From Alphaproteobacteria bacterium (lineage in GTDB: Bacteria; Pseudomonadota; Alphaproteobacteria; JABAAW01; JAHZMA01), in NCBI GenBank assembly GCA_965206365.1, contig CBDBJL010000018.1, positions 73,374 through 137,373 on the forward strand: DNA of 64,000 nucleotides, written 5' to 3'. This document shows positions 9,167 to 20,062 of this stretch, in pieces. The position numbers and the translations under genes are program-made. The notes under the pieces are model-generated. The model made no database searches. It was given only the letters and a program-made list of their open reading frames with translations, and was not told the origin of the DNA. Every line of letters begins with the position of its first letter. The first letter of the stretch is position 1.

Positions 9167-12100
9167 TTGAAAAATCGTCTTGCCCAAGGTGGGCTTGTTG
9201 ATCGCAGTCAGTTAATTAATTTTACCTATGATGGTAAAGAGTTTCAGGGTTTTTCTGGGGATACGCTGGCTTCAGCATTGTTAGCGAATCAGGTGCATTT
9301 GGTTAATCGTTCATTTAAGTATCATCGCCCTCGAGGAATTTTTACCGCAGGTGCAGAAGAACCAAACGCTTTGGTTCAGTTAGAAAAAGGGGCTTATACC
9401 ACCCCAAATAGTGTGGCGACCACGCAAACACTCTACAAGGATTTATCAGCGCGGAGTCAAAATTGTTTCCCCAATGTAAACCATGATTTTGGTGCCATTA
9501 ATTCATTTTTTTCTCACCTTTTGCCTTCAGGTTTTTATTATAAAACCTTTATGTGGCCTGCTTTTGCGTGGCGATATTATGAATATTTTATTCGCAAAAT
9601 GGCCGGGCTTGGAATTGCTTCATCCCAACCTGATCCTGATCGCTACGAGAGTCAGCATGACCATCCTGATTTGGTGATTGTTGGTGGCGGTATTGCGGGT
9701 TTGATGGCAGCGCATCTTGCAGCGCAGACCCAAGCTCGCATTGTTCTCATCGAACAAGATTGTGAATTTGGTGGCTCATTAATTGGCAGTCAAATTCAGA
9801 TTGATGGCGAACTTGTAGATATGTGGTGTCGTAATATTTTAGCGGATTTGAAAACGAAACCGAATGTTAAAATTTTAACACGTACCGTTTTATTTGGTTA
9901 CTATAACCATAATTATCTCACCGCATCTCAGCGTTTAACGCATCATCTGCCACCCAAAATGGCACGGCAGCAAAATTTGTTACGTGAAAGATTATGGCAT
10001 TTTCGGGCTCGCCATGTGATCTTAGCAACTGGTGCTATCGAACGCCCCATGGTTTATGCGAATAATGATTTGCCCGGCACAATGTTGGCGAGTGCGGTCG
10101 GTACTTATATTCGGCGATTTGCTGTTTTGCCAGGGAAAAATATCGTATTTGCCACCAATAATGATTTCACTTATCGCGATGTTATTATTGCCCACCAAGC
10201 GGGTGCAAAAGTTACCCTTTGTGATATTCGCGATCTTACGAATAATGAAGTTGCTGCTGAAGCGCGACAAGCGGGAATTTTAATTTATGATCGAACCGCG
10301 CTTATTGAGGCAGTTGGAAAAAAATCTGTAGAAGGGGCTTATTTGGTTTCTATTAATTCAGATCTCACTCAATTCACCAGCAAGCCTTTTTTGTTGCCAG
10401 CTGATTTAATTGGGATCTCTGGGGGGTATACGCCTTGTGTTCATTTGCATTCGCAAGCGCGTGGAACCTTGAAATATAGTGAGCTAACGGGGGCTTTTGT
10501 GCCTGATCTATCTGTACAAAAACATAGTTCGATAGGATCCGCAAATGGAACTTATCGTATTAGCGAAACCCTAGAAGAAGCGTATCAGGTTACAAGCAAA
10601 ATTCTCAAAGAGTTAAAATTTAAAGTGAAGATCAAAACGGTACCCAAAGCGGAAGAATTAAAGTTATCTTTGCCACTAAATTTCAGTGAAATGCCCCATA
10701 AAACACCGCATATGATTAAAGCTTTCATTGATTTTCAAAATGATTCCACCGCCAATGATGTTCGTTTGGCAATGCGTGAAGGTATGATCTCGGTAGAGCA
10801 TGTGAAACGCTACACCACAACAGGCATGGCAACGGATCAAGGAAAAACCTCTAATATCAATGCGTTATCCATTATTGCAAAACAACAAAATAAAAAAATG
10901 GCTGAAATTGGTTACACGACGTATCGTCAACCCTATATCCCTGTTACTTTTGGGGCAATTGCCGGGGCACATCGCAATGAATTATTTATGCCGGAACGGG
11001 TAACGCCTATTCACCCAGCTCATTTAGCACTAAAAGCCAAATTTGAACCTGTGGGTGATTGGATGCGTGCTTGGTACTATCCCAAAAAATCTAAGGAATC
11101 TTTACGAAAATCTTTAAAACGTGAATGTTTGGCAGTGCGTAAATCTGTTGGAATGTTTGATGCCTCTACCCTAGGTAAGATTGATATTCAAGGTGAGGAT
11201 AGTGCTTGGCTATTAGACATGCTTTACACGAATGCTTGGGAAAAATTGGCTATCGGACGTTGTCGTTATGGTATTATGCTCAATGAGCATGGCATGATCA
11301 TTGATGATGGTGTAACCACAAGGTTGGGCGAACATCATTATCATATGACCACCACCACAGGTGGGGCGGCTCGAATCATGGATTGGATTGAATTATGGCT
11401 GCAAACTGAGTGGCCCGAGAAAAAAGTTTATGCAAATTCGGTAACAGAACAATGGGGAGTTGTTGCGATTGCTGGGCCGTACGCACGTGATGTGATGGCA
11501 AAATTAACAGAAACTTCAATGAGTGATCAAGATTTCCCTTTTATGTCGGTGAAAAATGCGGTCGTTGCTGGGATTAATGCTAGAATTTATCGCATTACTT
11601 TTTCTGGTGAATTATGTTTTGAAATCAATGTTCCCGCTCGTTACGCTTTGGCATTATGGCAAGCGATTCAAGAAGCTGGAAAGGAATTTAAAATTGTTCC
11701 CTATGGCACCGAAACTATGCATGTGCTTCGTGCCGAGAAGGGTTTTATCATTGTTGGGCAAGATACAGACGGTTCCTGTACCCCGGCGGATATGAATATG
11801 GATTGGATTGTTTCCAAGAAAAAAGTAGATTTTATTGGCAAACGTTCGTTGGCCCGTTCGGATACGAAACGCCAAGATCGGAAACAATTGGTTGGTTTGG
11901 TAACTTCACCGAAGAGTTTTGTAATTCCTGAAGGTTCTCAAATTACACAAACGCCGGTAAAAAAACCTCCCTACCCTATGATTGGTCATGTTAGCTCTAG
12001 CTATTATAGCCCGATTCTGCGCCAGGGTATCGCTTTGGCATTAATAAAAAATGGTTTGCAACGCAAGGGAGAAAAGGTTTATATTCCGTTGTTGAATGGC

Positions 12101-12169
12101 AGAATAATCTCTGCGCAAATTACAGATTCAGTTTTTTATGATAAGGAAGGAAAAAATGCTCGCCTTTAA
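9167..12169 (+). CDS. soxA: Sarcosine oxidase subunit alpha
   Basis: GDTLASALLAN, RSFKYHRPRG, EHVKRYTTTGMATDQGK and a GcvT-like C-terminal domain (DASTLGKI, YGTETMHVLRAEKG). Confidence 0.95.
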   Translation: MKNRLAQGGLVDRSQLINFTYDGKEFQGFSGDTLASALLANQVHLVNRSFKYHRPRGIFTAGAEEPNALVQLEKGAYTTPNSVATTQTLYKDLSARSQNCFPNVNHDFGAINSFFSHLLPSGFYYKTFMWPAFAWRYYEYFIRKMAGLGIASSQPDPDRYESQHDHPDLVIVGGGIAGLMAAHLAAQTQARIVLIEQDCEFGGSLIGSQIQIDGELVDMWCRNILADLKTKPNVKILTRTVLFGYYNHNYLTASQRLTHHLPPKMARQQNLLRERLWHFRARHVILATGAIERPMVYANNDLPGTMLASAVGTYIRRFAVLPGKNIVFATNNDFTYRDVIIAHQAGAKVTLCDIRDLTNNEVAAEARQAGILIYDRTALIEAVGKKSVEGAYLVSINSDLTQFTSKPFLLPADLIGISGGYTPCVHLHSQARGTLKYSELTGAFVPDLSVQKHSSIGSANGTYRISETLEEAYQVTSKILKELKFKVKIKTVPKAEELKLSLPLNFSEMPHKTPHMIKAFIDFQNDSTANDVRLAMREGMISVEHVKRYTTTGMATDQGKTSNINALSIIAKQQNKKMAEIGYTTYRQPYIPVTFGAIAGAHRNELFMPERVTPIHPAHLALKAKFEPVGDWMRAWYYPKKSKESLRKSLKRECLAVRKSVGMFDASTLGKIDIQGEDSAWLLDMLYTNAWEKLAIGRCRYGIMLNEHGMIIDDGVTTRLGEHHYHMTTTTGGAARIMDWIELWLQTEWPEKKVYANSVTEQWGVVAIAGPYARDVMAKLTETSMSDQDFPFMSVKNAVVAGINARIYRITFSGELCFEINVPARYALALWQAIQEAGKEFKIVPYGTETMHVLRAEKGFIIVGQDTDGSCTPADMNMDWIVSKKKVDFIGKRSLARSDTKRQDRKQLVGLVTSPKSFVIPEGSQITQTPVKKPPYPMIGHVSSSYYSPILRQGIALALIKNGLQRKGEKVYIPLLNGRIISAQITDSVFYDKEGKNARL

Positions 12170-12749
12170 TCCTGAAATTATGCAACCCGTTTGCCATCTT
12201 CCGGCATTTGAATCAGACAATTTAAAAATGCGAGAACTTGATTTTATTTATAAATTACTGATTCGTGGTCATAAAAAGGCTCCTGAATTTCAACAGGCGG
12301 TGCAAACAGCATTGGGTATGGCTTTGCCAGAGAATAGCCGAAATCCGGTAACGGTAGAAGAGAATATATTATTTGAAATGACTCCTGATGAATGGTTGTT
12401 GCGCTTGCCCTCGCAAAGTGAATTACAATCACGGCAACAAGCTCTGATTCAAGCTCTAAGCGGGCAACATACAGCACTTGTTGAGGTTTCAGATTATTAT
12501 ACAATTTTTCGTATCGAAGGCGAGCAATTGCCAATTTTATTGCAAAAAAATTCTAGCTTTGATTTCCATGAAACGAAATTTTTGCCCGGGCAAGCCATTA
12601 CCACACGCTATTCTCATTGCACCATTCACGTGCATGCCCTTACTCACCAATCTTTCGATATTCAAATACGCGGGTCTCATGCTTCATATTTATGGGCGAT
12701 GCTAATGAATTCAGCGTTGGGAGCAAAAATTACCCTCGAAAAATTTTAA
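12156..12749 (+). CDS. soxG: Sarcosine oxidase subunit gamma (start uncertain, 12138 or 12156)
   Basis: PDEWLL, VEVSD and R-S-ASYLW motifs; overlaps the end of soxA. Confidence 0.85.
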   Translation: MLAFNPEIMQPVCHLPAFESDNLKMRELDFIYKLLIRGHKKAPEFQQAVQTALGMALPENSRNPVTVEENILFEMTPDEWLLRLPSQSELQSRQQALIQALSGQHTALVEVSDYYTIFRIEGEQLPILLQKNSSFDFHETKFLPGQAITTRYSHCTIHVHALTHQSFDIQIRGSHASYLWAMLMNSALGAKITLEKF

Positions 12750-12780
12750 CTATATTTATAAAGAGTAGGATACTATAAAA

Positions 12781-14457
12781 ATGGCAAAATCAGATATTGA
12801 AATTGCACGTGAGGCAACCTTAAAACCAATTATTGAAATTGGGAATGATTTGGGAATTCCGACATCGGCACTGATGCCATACGGTCATGATAAGGCGAAA
12901 ATCACCCTGGATTATATTGATAATTTGCCCAAGAAAAAAGATAGCAAACTGATTTTGGTAACGGCAATCTCACCAACTCCGGCAGGTGAAGGCAAAACCA
13001 CTACAAGTGTTGGCTTAGGTGATGGTCTTAACCGTATTGGGAAAAAAACGATTACGTGCTTGCGTGAACCTTCATTGGGTCCATGTTTTGGCGTTAAAGG
13101 TGGTGCTGCCGGAGGCGGTTATGCACAAGTGGTTCCGATGGAGGATATTAACTTACATTTCACGGGTGATTTTCATGCCATTGGCACGGCCCATAATTTG
13201 TTAAGTGCACTTGTGGATAATCATGTTTATTGGGGCAACAAACATGATTTAGATCTAAGGCGTGTGGCATGGCGACGTGTTGTTGATATGAATGATCGGG
13301 CTTTGCGTCAAATTGTTAGCTCGCTTGGAGGGGTTTCCAATGGTTTCCCACGTGAAACGGGTTATGATATAACGGTTGCTTCTGAAGTTATGGCAATTTT
13401 TTGTCTTTCACAATCCTTAAAAGATTTGGAAAATCGTTTAGGCAATATCATTATCGGGCAAACTCGGAAGCGCGAATGGATTAATGCTGAACAAATACAA
13501 GCCAACAAAGCGATGACTGTGATCCTCAAAGATGCCCTTATGCCTAATTTGGTGCAAACCTTAGAGCATAATCCGGCTTTTATTCATGGGGGTCCTTTTG
13601 CCAATATTGCCCATGGCTGTAATAGTGTTATGGCAACCCAAACCGCACTGAAAATGGCTGATTATGTGGTAACAGAAGCTGGGTTTGGTGCAGATCTGGG
13701 GGCTGAAAAATTCTTTGACATTAAATGTCGTAAAGTGGGGCTTAAACCGAATGCTGTGGTATTGGTCGCCACCATTCGCGCACTGAAAATGCATGGTGGT
13801 GTTGATAAAAAACAATTGCGAGGTGAAAATGTTGCGGCAGTTGAACGGGGAACGGCAAACTTAAAACGCCATATTGAGAATTTGAAAAAATTTGGTGTAC
13901 CGGTTGTTGTTGCTGTTAATCATTTTGTGAATGATACCTTAAATGAATTTGCAGTTGTAAAAAATTGTTGTCAAGAGCTGGGCATTGATGTGGTGAAAGC
14001 AACCCATTGGAGTAATGGGGGAGCTGGTACGGAAGAATTGGCCGAAACTGTTGTCGCTACTATTGAAAAAGCTGAAGATAGTCAATTCTCGCCACTTTAT
14101 AAGGATGAAGTTTCCTTATGGAACAAAATTACGACTGTTGCGCAAGAGATTTACCGAGCTTCTGATATTACTGCTGATAGTCAAATTCGCAATCAAATTG
14201 CGCAATATCAGGAAACTGGTTTTGGCAATTATCCTATTTGTATCGCGAAAACACAATATAGTTTTTCTACTGATCCTAGTTTGATCGGAGCTCCAGAGGG
14301 GCATAGTATTAATGTTCGTGAAGTGCGTTTGGCGGCGGGTGCAGAATTTATGGTTGCGGTTTGTGGCGAAATTATGACCATGCCGGGCTTGCCAAGCGTT
14401 CCCGCAGCTGAAAAAATCATGTTAGATGCAGAAGGGCTTGTGCAGGGTTTGTTTTAA
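12781..14457 (+). CDS. fhs: Formate--tetrahydrofolate ligase
   Basis: [56 protein letters not shown] and IMTMPGLP motifs. Confidence 0.97.
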   Translation: MAKSDIEIAREATLKPIIEIGNDLGIPTSALMPYGHDKAKITLDYIDNLPKKKDSKLILVTAISPTPAGEGKTTTSVGLGDGLNRIGKKTITCLREPSLGPCFGVKGGAAGGGYAQVVPMEDINLHFTGDFHAIGTAHNLLSALVDNHVYWGNKHDLDLRRVAWRRVVDMNDRALRQIVSSLGGVSNGFPRETGYDITVASEVMAIFCLSQSLKDLENRLGNIIIGQTRKREWINAEQIQANKAMTVILKDALMPNLVQTLEHNPAFIHGGPFANIAHGCNSVMATQTALKMADYVVTEAGFGADLGAEKFFDIKCRKVGLKPNAVVLVATIRALKMHGGVDKKQLRGENVAAVERGTANLKRHIENLKKFGVPVVVAVNHFVNDTLNEFAVVKNCCQELGIDVVKATHWSNGGAGTEELAETVVATIEKAEDSQFSPLYKDEVSLWNKITTVAQEIYRASDITADSQIRNQIAQYQETGFGNYPICIAKTQYSFSTDPSLIGAPEGHSINVREVRLAAGAEFMVAVCGEIMTMPGLPSVPAAEKIMLDAEGLVQGLF

Positions 14458-14576
14458 GCTTTGCAAAATTTTATGGGCTAAGATTTATGGATACAAGGCA
14501 CTATTGTTGCAATGAACATAGTGCTTTCATGCTAGCATTGTTTCATATTTATCATTGATTAACTTACGATCAATTC

Positions 14577-14618
14577 AAAGGCGCGTTTTTAAAACACGCC
14601 TTTCTCTCTCTTTTTTTT
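14577..14618 (+). terminator. Intrinsic terminator between fhs and the convergent MCP gene
   Basis: Hairpin AAAGGCGcGTTTT-t-AAAACaCGCCTTT followed by a pyrimidine/T tract. Confidence 0.6.
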
Positions 14619-14656
14619 CAAAAAATTTTTTATTTGCAAAAATCCATCAAAGGGAT

Positions 14657-16819
14657 TTAACCAAGAACAGAAATTTTTTCTAACAAATTCCTCACTGTTT
14701 TTTCCAAAGAATTAATTGCACCCACACTTTTATTCATCGAACTAGACATGCCTTCAGATTCATTTAATGTGCTTTGGGCATATTCGCTAATTTTATTCAC
14801 TTTTTGGCTGGCTTCAATGGTTCTGCGTGAGGCATTATTGCTGGCCCTTGTGATTTCACGGGCTGTTGCTGCTTGCTCTTCTACGGCGGTCGCAATCGAG
14901 CCAAATATTTCCGTTACCGCTTGAATTTCATCACCAATAGAATGGATCGCTTCCACGGCCTGCATGGAAACATCGCGAATGGCGGTGATTTGTTTGGAAA
15001 TATCTTCGGTAGCTTTTGTTGTTTGGGTCGCCAAACTTTTCACCTCATTGGCAACCACGGCAAAACCCTTTCCGCTTTCTCCGGCCCGTGCCGCCTCGAT
15101 CGTGGCATTCAGGGCAAGTAAATTTGTTTGCCCAGCAATATCGTTAATTAACGAGACAATATCGCCAATTCCTGAAGATAATACCGACATATCCCGCACA
15201 ACCTTATCAGTTTCAGTTACAGTTGTTGTCGCTTTTTGCACAGAGACTCGAGAAGTTTGCATTTTTTCACTAATTTCAGTAATCGATGAGGCCATCTGGG
15301 AAGTTGCCGATGCTACCAGCTGAACATCTTGGGTGGCATGTTCGGCAATCGTAGCAATTTCACCGGAAAAATCATGGGTAATTTGTACAGCTTTGTTTAC
15401 AGATTCATTTGCCATTCTCATGGTTCCCATAACTTCGCTAACTTCATCGAGTAAATTTTTAGCATCATCTTGGAAATCTGTTGTTATACTTTCAAGTTGT
15501 TCAGCGCGCTCCTCGCGATATTGTTTTGCAAGTTCTTTTGCTTTCTCAGCTTCTAATGAAATTAGCATTTTTTTGCGAAAAATATCTATCGAGCGGGCAA
15601 TGATACCAACTTCATCTCTTCGAACCACAATTTTTTCAATGTTATCTTCGTAATTTCCTTCACTCATATGATCCATAACTTTCGTTACGGCTAATATGGG
15701 TCGCGTTAATGTTTTCGCAAATGTCCGTACCATAAGGATTATGATAATGAGAAGGACGAGAGTGATCTCAACCAGCGTAATTGCATGCTTTTTTACCCTA
15801 GCAATGATATTATCATAATGGGCTTCGATCACGAAAATATGATTTTTACCGAAAAAATCAATTATCGAAAAAGTTCCAATTACACTTTCCCCTAAATAAT
15901 TATCGCGTTTGCTCATTTTGATAATTTCTTTTTCGCGTCTTTGTTCTAAAGCCAATACCATATCAGGATGTTTGGGAATTTGATCCTTTAAGATTTCAAT
16001 TTCCGGGGCTAATCTGGGTTGCGTTAAAAAAGAAAAATTTTCATCAATTAAAAAACTTTCGATATCATCCGCTAAACCTTTGACATCAGAGACAATATCA
16101 GTAATTTGATCTAAAGGGATTTGAGCGATAAATACACCCAAAATATCACCATTGACATCTTTGATCGCTTTTCCTAAAAATGCGTCTACTTCGTCGTCCT
16201 TCGGTCCATAAGGTTTTAAGTCACTGTAGCTTATTTCAAATTTATCTGCCACTTCTAGCGCACCTTGAAATGCTTCTGCCAAACCCGAATTCGTCCATTT
16301 TCCATCTACAAGGTTAGTTGCAAAATCTTTTTCTTTGAAAACGCTATAAACAATATCGCCTTTTGGGGTTATAAAAAACAGATCATGATAATGGTGTCGC
16401 TGTTGAAAGTCGGTAAACCAAGGATGATATTGGTTATGGTAATCACTATAAGCGGAACCATCTTTTGCATCTTGCAATTTCCATCTCTCATCTTTGGGAT
16501 AGCTATTATTATGGATATAAAGCTCTTGTAATTCTGCGGTAAAATTTTCCGATGGTGCATATGTTGCAAAATCTCTCATAGCTTGAATCGCCATTTCGTT
16601 TGTAACCATCAACGAGATATCATTTTCTATATTTTCAAGATATTTATCCAATTCTTTCACGCGATGCACCGTAATTATATCAAGTTCTTCATGAAGATAT
16701 TCAACAGAATCATCTATAGAGTAGTAGATTAGTGTGCTAACCAAACAAATGGTTGTTACTAACACAAGAATCATCGAACAAATTTGTATTTTTATAGATA
16801 TAGTTGCGTTGCGGAACAT
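14657..16819 (-). CDS. Methyl-accepting chemotaxis protein (periplasmic Cache-like sensor, HAMP, MCP signalling domain)
   Basis: Two TM segments, a HAMP domain (RRDEVGIIA) and [37 protein letters not shown]. Confidence 0.95.
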   Translation of the reverse strand: MFRNATISIKIQICSMILVLVTTICLVSTLIYYSIDDSVEYLHEELDIITVHRVKELDKYLENIENDISLMVTNEMAIQAMRDFATYAPSENFTAELQELYIHNNSYPKDERWKLQDAKDGSAYSDYHNQYHPWFTDFQQRHHYHDLFFITPKGDIVYSVFKEKDFATNLVDGKWTNSGLAEAFQGALEVADKFEISYSDLKPYGPKDDEVDAFLGKAIKDVNGDILGVFIAQIPLDQITDIVSDVKGLADDIESFLIDENFSFLTQPRLAPEIEILKDQIPKHPDMVLALEQRREKEIIKMSKRDNYLGESVIGTFSIIDFFGKNHIFVIEAHYDNIIARVKKHAITLVEITLVLLIIIILMVRTFAKTLTRPILAVTKVMDHMSEGNYEDNIEKIVVRRDEVGIIARSIDIFRKKMLISLEAEKAKELAKQYREERAEQLESITTDFQDDAKNLLDEVSEVMGTMRMANESVNKAVQITHDFSGEIATIAEHATQDVQLVASATSQMASSITEISEKMQTSRVSVQKATTTVTETDKVVRDMSVLSSGIGDIVSLINDIAGQTNLLALNATIEAARAGESGKGFAVVANEVKSLATQTTKATEDISKQITAIRDVSMQAVEAIHSIGDEIQAVTEIFGSIATAVEEQAATAREITRASNNASRRTIEASQKVNKISEYAQSTLNESEGMSSSMNKSVGAINSLEKTVRNLLEKISVLG

Positions 16820-16970
16820 TAATTTTTTCCTATTTCTTTGTGGCGTAAAGATTTCTACCGGTTACTATGCCAGTGTCGGACATTCTGTTCAGGACCACCA
16901 TCATAACATACTATAGACAAAAATGCTACTGACAATATTTGAGATGGAAATTGCCGGCTGTGGTTTATTA

Positions 16971-17543
16971 CTAGCCTGTGGCTCTTACTTCGATAACTTC
17001 AGGGATATAATGACGTAGCATATTTTCGATACCCATTTTCAAAGTTGCGGTAGAAGAAGGGCAACCGGCACAGGCACCTTGCATGGTAAGGTAAACAATA
17101 CCATCACGAAACCCATGAAAGACAATATCACCGCCATCATTTGCAACTGCCGGACGCACCCGTCGCTCTAATAATTCTTTAATTTGTGCAATGATCTCGC
17201 TATCAGCATCATCATTTTCCATTTCATCTTGAGTTGTATTTTGTTGCGGTGGCATGTGATAAATGGGTGTACCATCTAGCAATCTTTCCAGCATCACGCC
17301 TAAAATTTGTGGCTTGATCTGATCCCATTCAACATTTTGTGCCTTGCTAATAGAAATAAAATCATAGCCAATGAAAACTGCTTGCACATGCGCAATTTCA
17401 AATAAAGCGGCTGCTAACGGTGATTTTTCTGTGGCAATATCAATATTGGGTAGATCTAAACTTCCGCCCGTTTTTAACAAAACCCGTCCTGGTAAAAATT
17501 TTAACGTCTCGGGATTTGGTGTGGATTCAATTTCAATAAACAT
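16971..17543 (-). CDS. nfuA: NifU/Nfu family Fe-S cluster carrier
   Basis: MFIEIESTPNPETLKFLPG, VRPAVANDGGD and GACAGCPSSTATLK motifs. Confidence 0.92.
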   Translation of the reverse strand: MFIEIESTPNPETLKFLPGRVLLKTGGSLDLPNIDIATEKSPLAAALFEIAHVQAVFIGYDFISISKAQNVEWDQIKPQILGVMLERLLDGTPIYHMPPQQNTTQDEMENDDADSEIIAQIKELLERRVRPAVANDGGDIVFHGFRDGIVYLTMQGACAGCPSSTATLKMGIENMLRHYIPEVIEVRATG

Positions 17544-17578
17544 AGAGATATTCTACGCTTTTTTCATTTAAAGTAAAA

Positions 17579-18247
17579 CTAATTTTTAACATGAAACAAA
17601 TCATCCAATTGCTCTAAAGCGATATCTTCGGGAATAATCATGATTGGCACTCGCCGAATATCTTTGGCTTTATGCGTAGCAGAGATATAATGATACAGCC
17701 CGCTGGCAACATTATCTAATTGCCAGCTTGTGATCACAAGCCCGGAAACAAAACGATTTTTATCAATAAAATGACACACCGCCTCACTCACATCACCTTC
17801 ACGAACATAGCTCATAATATTTTGTTTATTTCCTACCCACCTAGTAATATCCTGTTTCAGCAGATTAATTTGCGTTGTACTTTCAGCCTTACTTTCTTCA
17901 CGCATGATATCAGAAATTCCAAAAAGTTGCATTTCTGCAACTTCACGTACATAAATTAATGCCAATCTGATATTATTTTTTCTCGCATGTTTTGCCACGT
18001 AATAAGCAGCTTTATTAACGATATCACTTTCTCTATTATCTACCAATACTAGTAAAACTTTCTCGCCAGCTACAGGACGGTTGCCGGAAATGGATTTCGT
18101 TAATTTTTTTGCAGATATATTTATTTTAGACTTTAGCTTACGTGCCGAAATTATTTTTGATGAAGAGTTTTTCGGTTGTATAGTATCATCTTTTATACGA
18201 GCAGTCATATCATTCCCCGCAATTCTCCCTGTAATTTTGGTGAGCAT
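17579..18247 (-). CDS. Universal stress protein (UspA-like) with a basic N-terminal extension
   Basis: LLVLVDN, LALIYV, VREGD, LVI and RVPIMIIP follow the USP pattern. usp-nfu adjacency is common in alphaproteobacteria. Confidence 0.7.
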   Translation of the reverse strand: MLTKITGRIAGNDMTARIKDDTIQPKNSSSKIISARKLKSKINISAKKLTKSISGNRPVAGEKVLLVLVDNRESDIVNKAAYYVAKHARKNNIRLALIYVREVAEMQLFGISDIMREESKAESTTQINLLKQDITRWVGNKQNIMSYVREGDVSEAVCHFIDKNRFVSGLVITSWQLDNVASGLYHYISATHKAKDIRRVPIMIIPEDIALEQLDDLFHVKN

Positions 18248-18507
18248 ATTTCTGAAAACCCGTAAGTTCTAAGCTGGATACCGATGCTCTCGTCTCATTA
18301 TAGGGCTGATTCAGCAAAAATCAACAATCTTTTCCCGTAAAATCATTTTACAAACAAGATTATTCAGCCATAGTAGCGATAACAATAATTTAGCAACCTT
18401 TAAAAACCTGCTAACGCTTGTACCTAACTTTAATCGCTTTCTTATCATCGGAGAATTTGTTATAAAGGCTTTTTATTATTTTGTGCGTTTATTATTAGGA
18501 TTTAATT

Positions 18508-19878
18508 GTGTTTCAGGTTTCAAAAAAAACATTGGTCGGTACTTTATTTTCGCTTTATTTCATGAGAGTTTTTCTATTAGGGGTTGTTTTTTGTTATGGC
18601 TTCGTTGTTAATGCTTCCGAAAACCAGCCCTTACAAGCACAAAATTTGGAGGAAACTATTCAAGAAACTTTTCAAGATTCCTTGGAATATTTAATCGCTA
18701 CGGATAATGCCATTGCTGCGAAATATAATAAAAAACAGGCTTTCAATGATCTCTTGCCACAATTAAATTTAAGTGGCAACCAGTATAATTATGATCAAGA
18801 AACAGCGGGCAATCGTATTATCGCCCAAGAAAGAACCGCAACCACGTTAAGCTTGAAGCAGAATATTCTCGGTTCAGGCAGAGTTTCTTATCTTTATGTA
18901 AGGGCCAAAACCGATCATAAAATTGCCTTACAACAAATGCGGCAAACTGAGATCGATGTTTTGCTAAAAATTATTTCTAGCTATGTTAATTTATATGTTG
19001 CGCAGCAAAATTTAAAAAGTGCGAATGCCAGTCATGAAAGCTTGTTGCAAAATTATGAGGCTATTTTCAAACGTTCGCAATTTGGCGATGCGAGTCAAAC
19101 CTTGTTGAAACAAACTCAAGCAAGGTTAGAAATAGGCAAGGCTGATTTCATTCAAGCCGAAAGCCAAGTGACGATTCGGTTAATTGCTTTGGAAACCGTA
19201 ACGAGTAAAAAGATAACTCGCCCAATTGCAGAAATTATGTTAAGCCGAGCACAAAAAGCTTACTTGCCTAAAACGCTAGCCCAAGCCGTAGAAACCGCAT
19301 TAACAATATCTCCAAATATCGCAATTGCGAAACTGGAAGTTGCCGATGCGCGAGCCTTAAAAAAACGTTCGCCCTTGCCTTTCTTACCCAATGTAAATAT
19401 CGAAGCTGGAAGAACAGTAACGCAAAACTCGTTAAATCCTAGTGAACAAACTGAAGATTATGTAAGTTTAAATTTTTCATATGATATTACGCCTGGTAGT
19501 GCAGCTAGCGCATATCAACAAGTTTCTGCCCGGTTACGCGGTGCCGAGAATAATTTGAGACAAGCCTATAAAAATGCAAAAGATAACACGATTGTGGCTT
19601 GGGAAAATTTTATTACCGCTGATGTTATTCTCAATGCTCGTAAGGTTGCGTTAGCCGCAAGTCAATCAGCTTTTGAGGGGATTGAAGTAGAATACCAGCT
19701 AAGCCAACGTTCACAATTAGAGTTTTTAGATGCGCAAAATGATCATTGGCAAGCGCAACAGGCTTATATTCAAGCTGTAGGCAATCGAGTGATCTCGCAT
19801 TATCAATTGCTTGCACAAATAGGAACCCTATCATTTTCACAGTTTGTTTCAGATGATCATCATGAAGATGAATCATAA
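18508..19878 (+). CDS. TolC family outer membrane protein
   Basis: Signal-like N-terminus, two repeats with LLPQLNL/FLPNVNI, EYQLSQRSQLEFLDAQ and YQLLAQIGTL. Confidence 0.88.
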   Translation: MFQVSKKTLVGTLFSLYFMRVFLLGVVFCYGFVVNASENQPLQAQNLEETIQETFQDSLEYLIATDNAIAAKYNKKQAFNDLLPQLNLSGNQYNYDQETAGNRIIAQERTATTLSLKQNILGSGRVSYLYVRAKTDHKIALQQMRQTEIDVLLKIISSYVNLYVAQQNLKSANASHESLLQNYEAIFKRSQFGDASQTLLKQTQARLEIGKADFIQAESQVTIRLIALETVTSKKITRPIAEIMLSRAQKAYLPKTLAQAVETALTISPNIAIAKLEVADARALKKRSPLPFLPNVNIEAGRTVTQNSLNPSEQTEDYVSLNFSYDITPGSAASAYQQVSARLRGAENNLRQAYKNAKDNTIVAWENFITADVILNARKVALAASQSAFEGIEVEYQLSQRSQLEFLDAQNDHWQAQQAYIQAVGNRVISHYQLLAQIGTLSFSQFVSDDHHEDES

Positions 19879-20062
19879 AATTTATGCTGATTTCACTTTC
19901 CCAATAGGGCGTATCAATCAATATTTTCGTTCTTTAGCAAATTTTTACTTCAAAAATAACCGAATTTAGGCTATGATAATAGACGGAATGCATATTGCCA
20001 TAGAAGCAATTTTTCTCAAAACAAATGAAGTTAAAGGCTAACCAATATGCGAATGGTGGATA

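Noticed and set aside
18250-18500. tRNA or pcm gene expected upstream of tolC
   Set aside because: No cloverleaf or T-arm motif and no ORF is visible.
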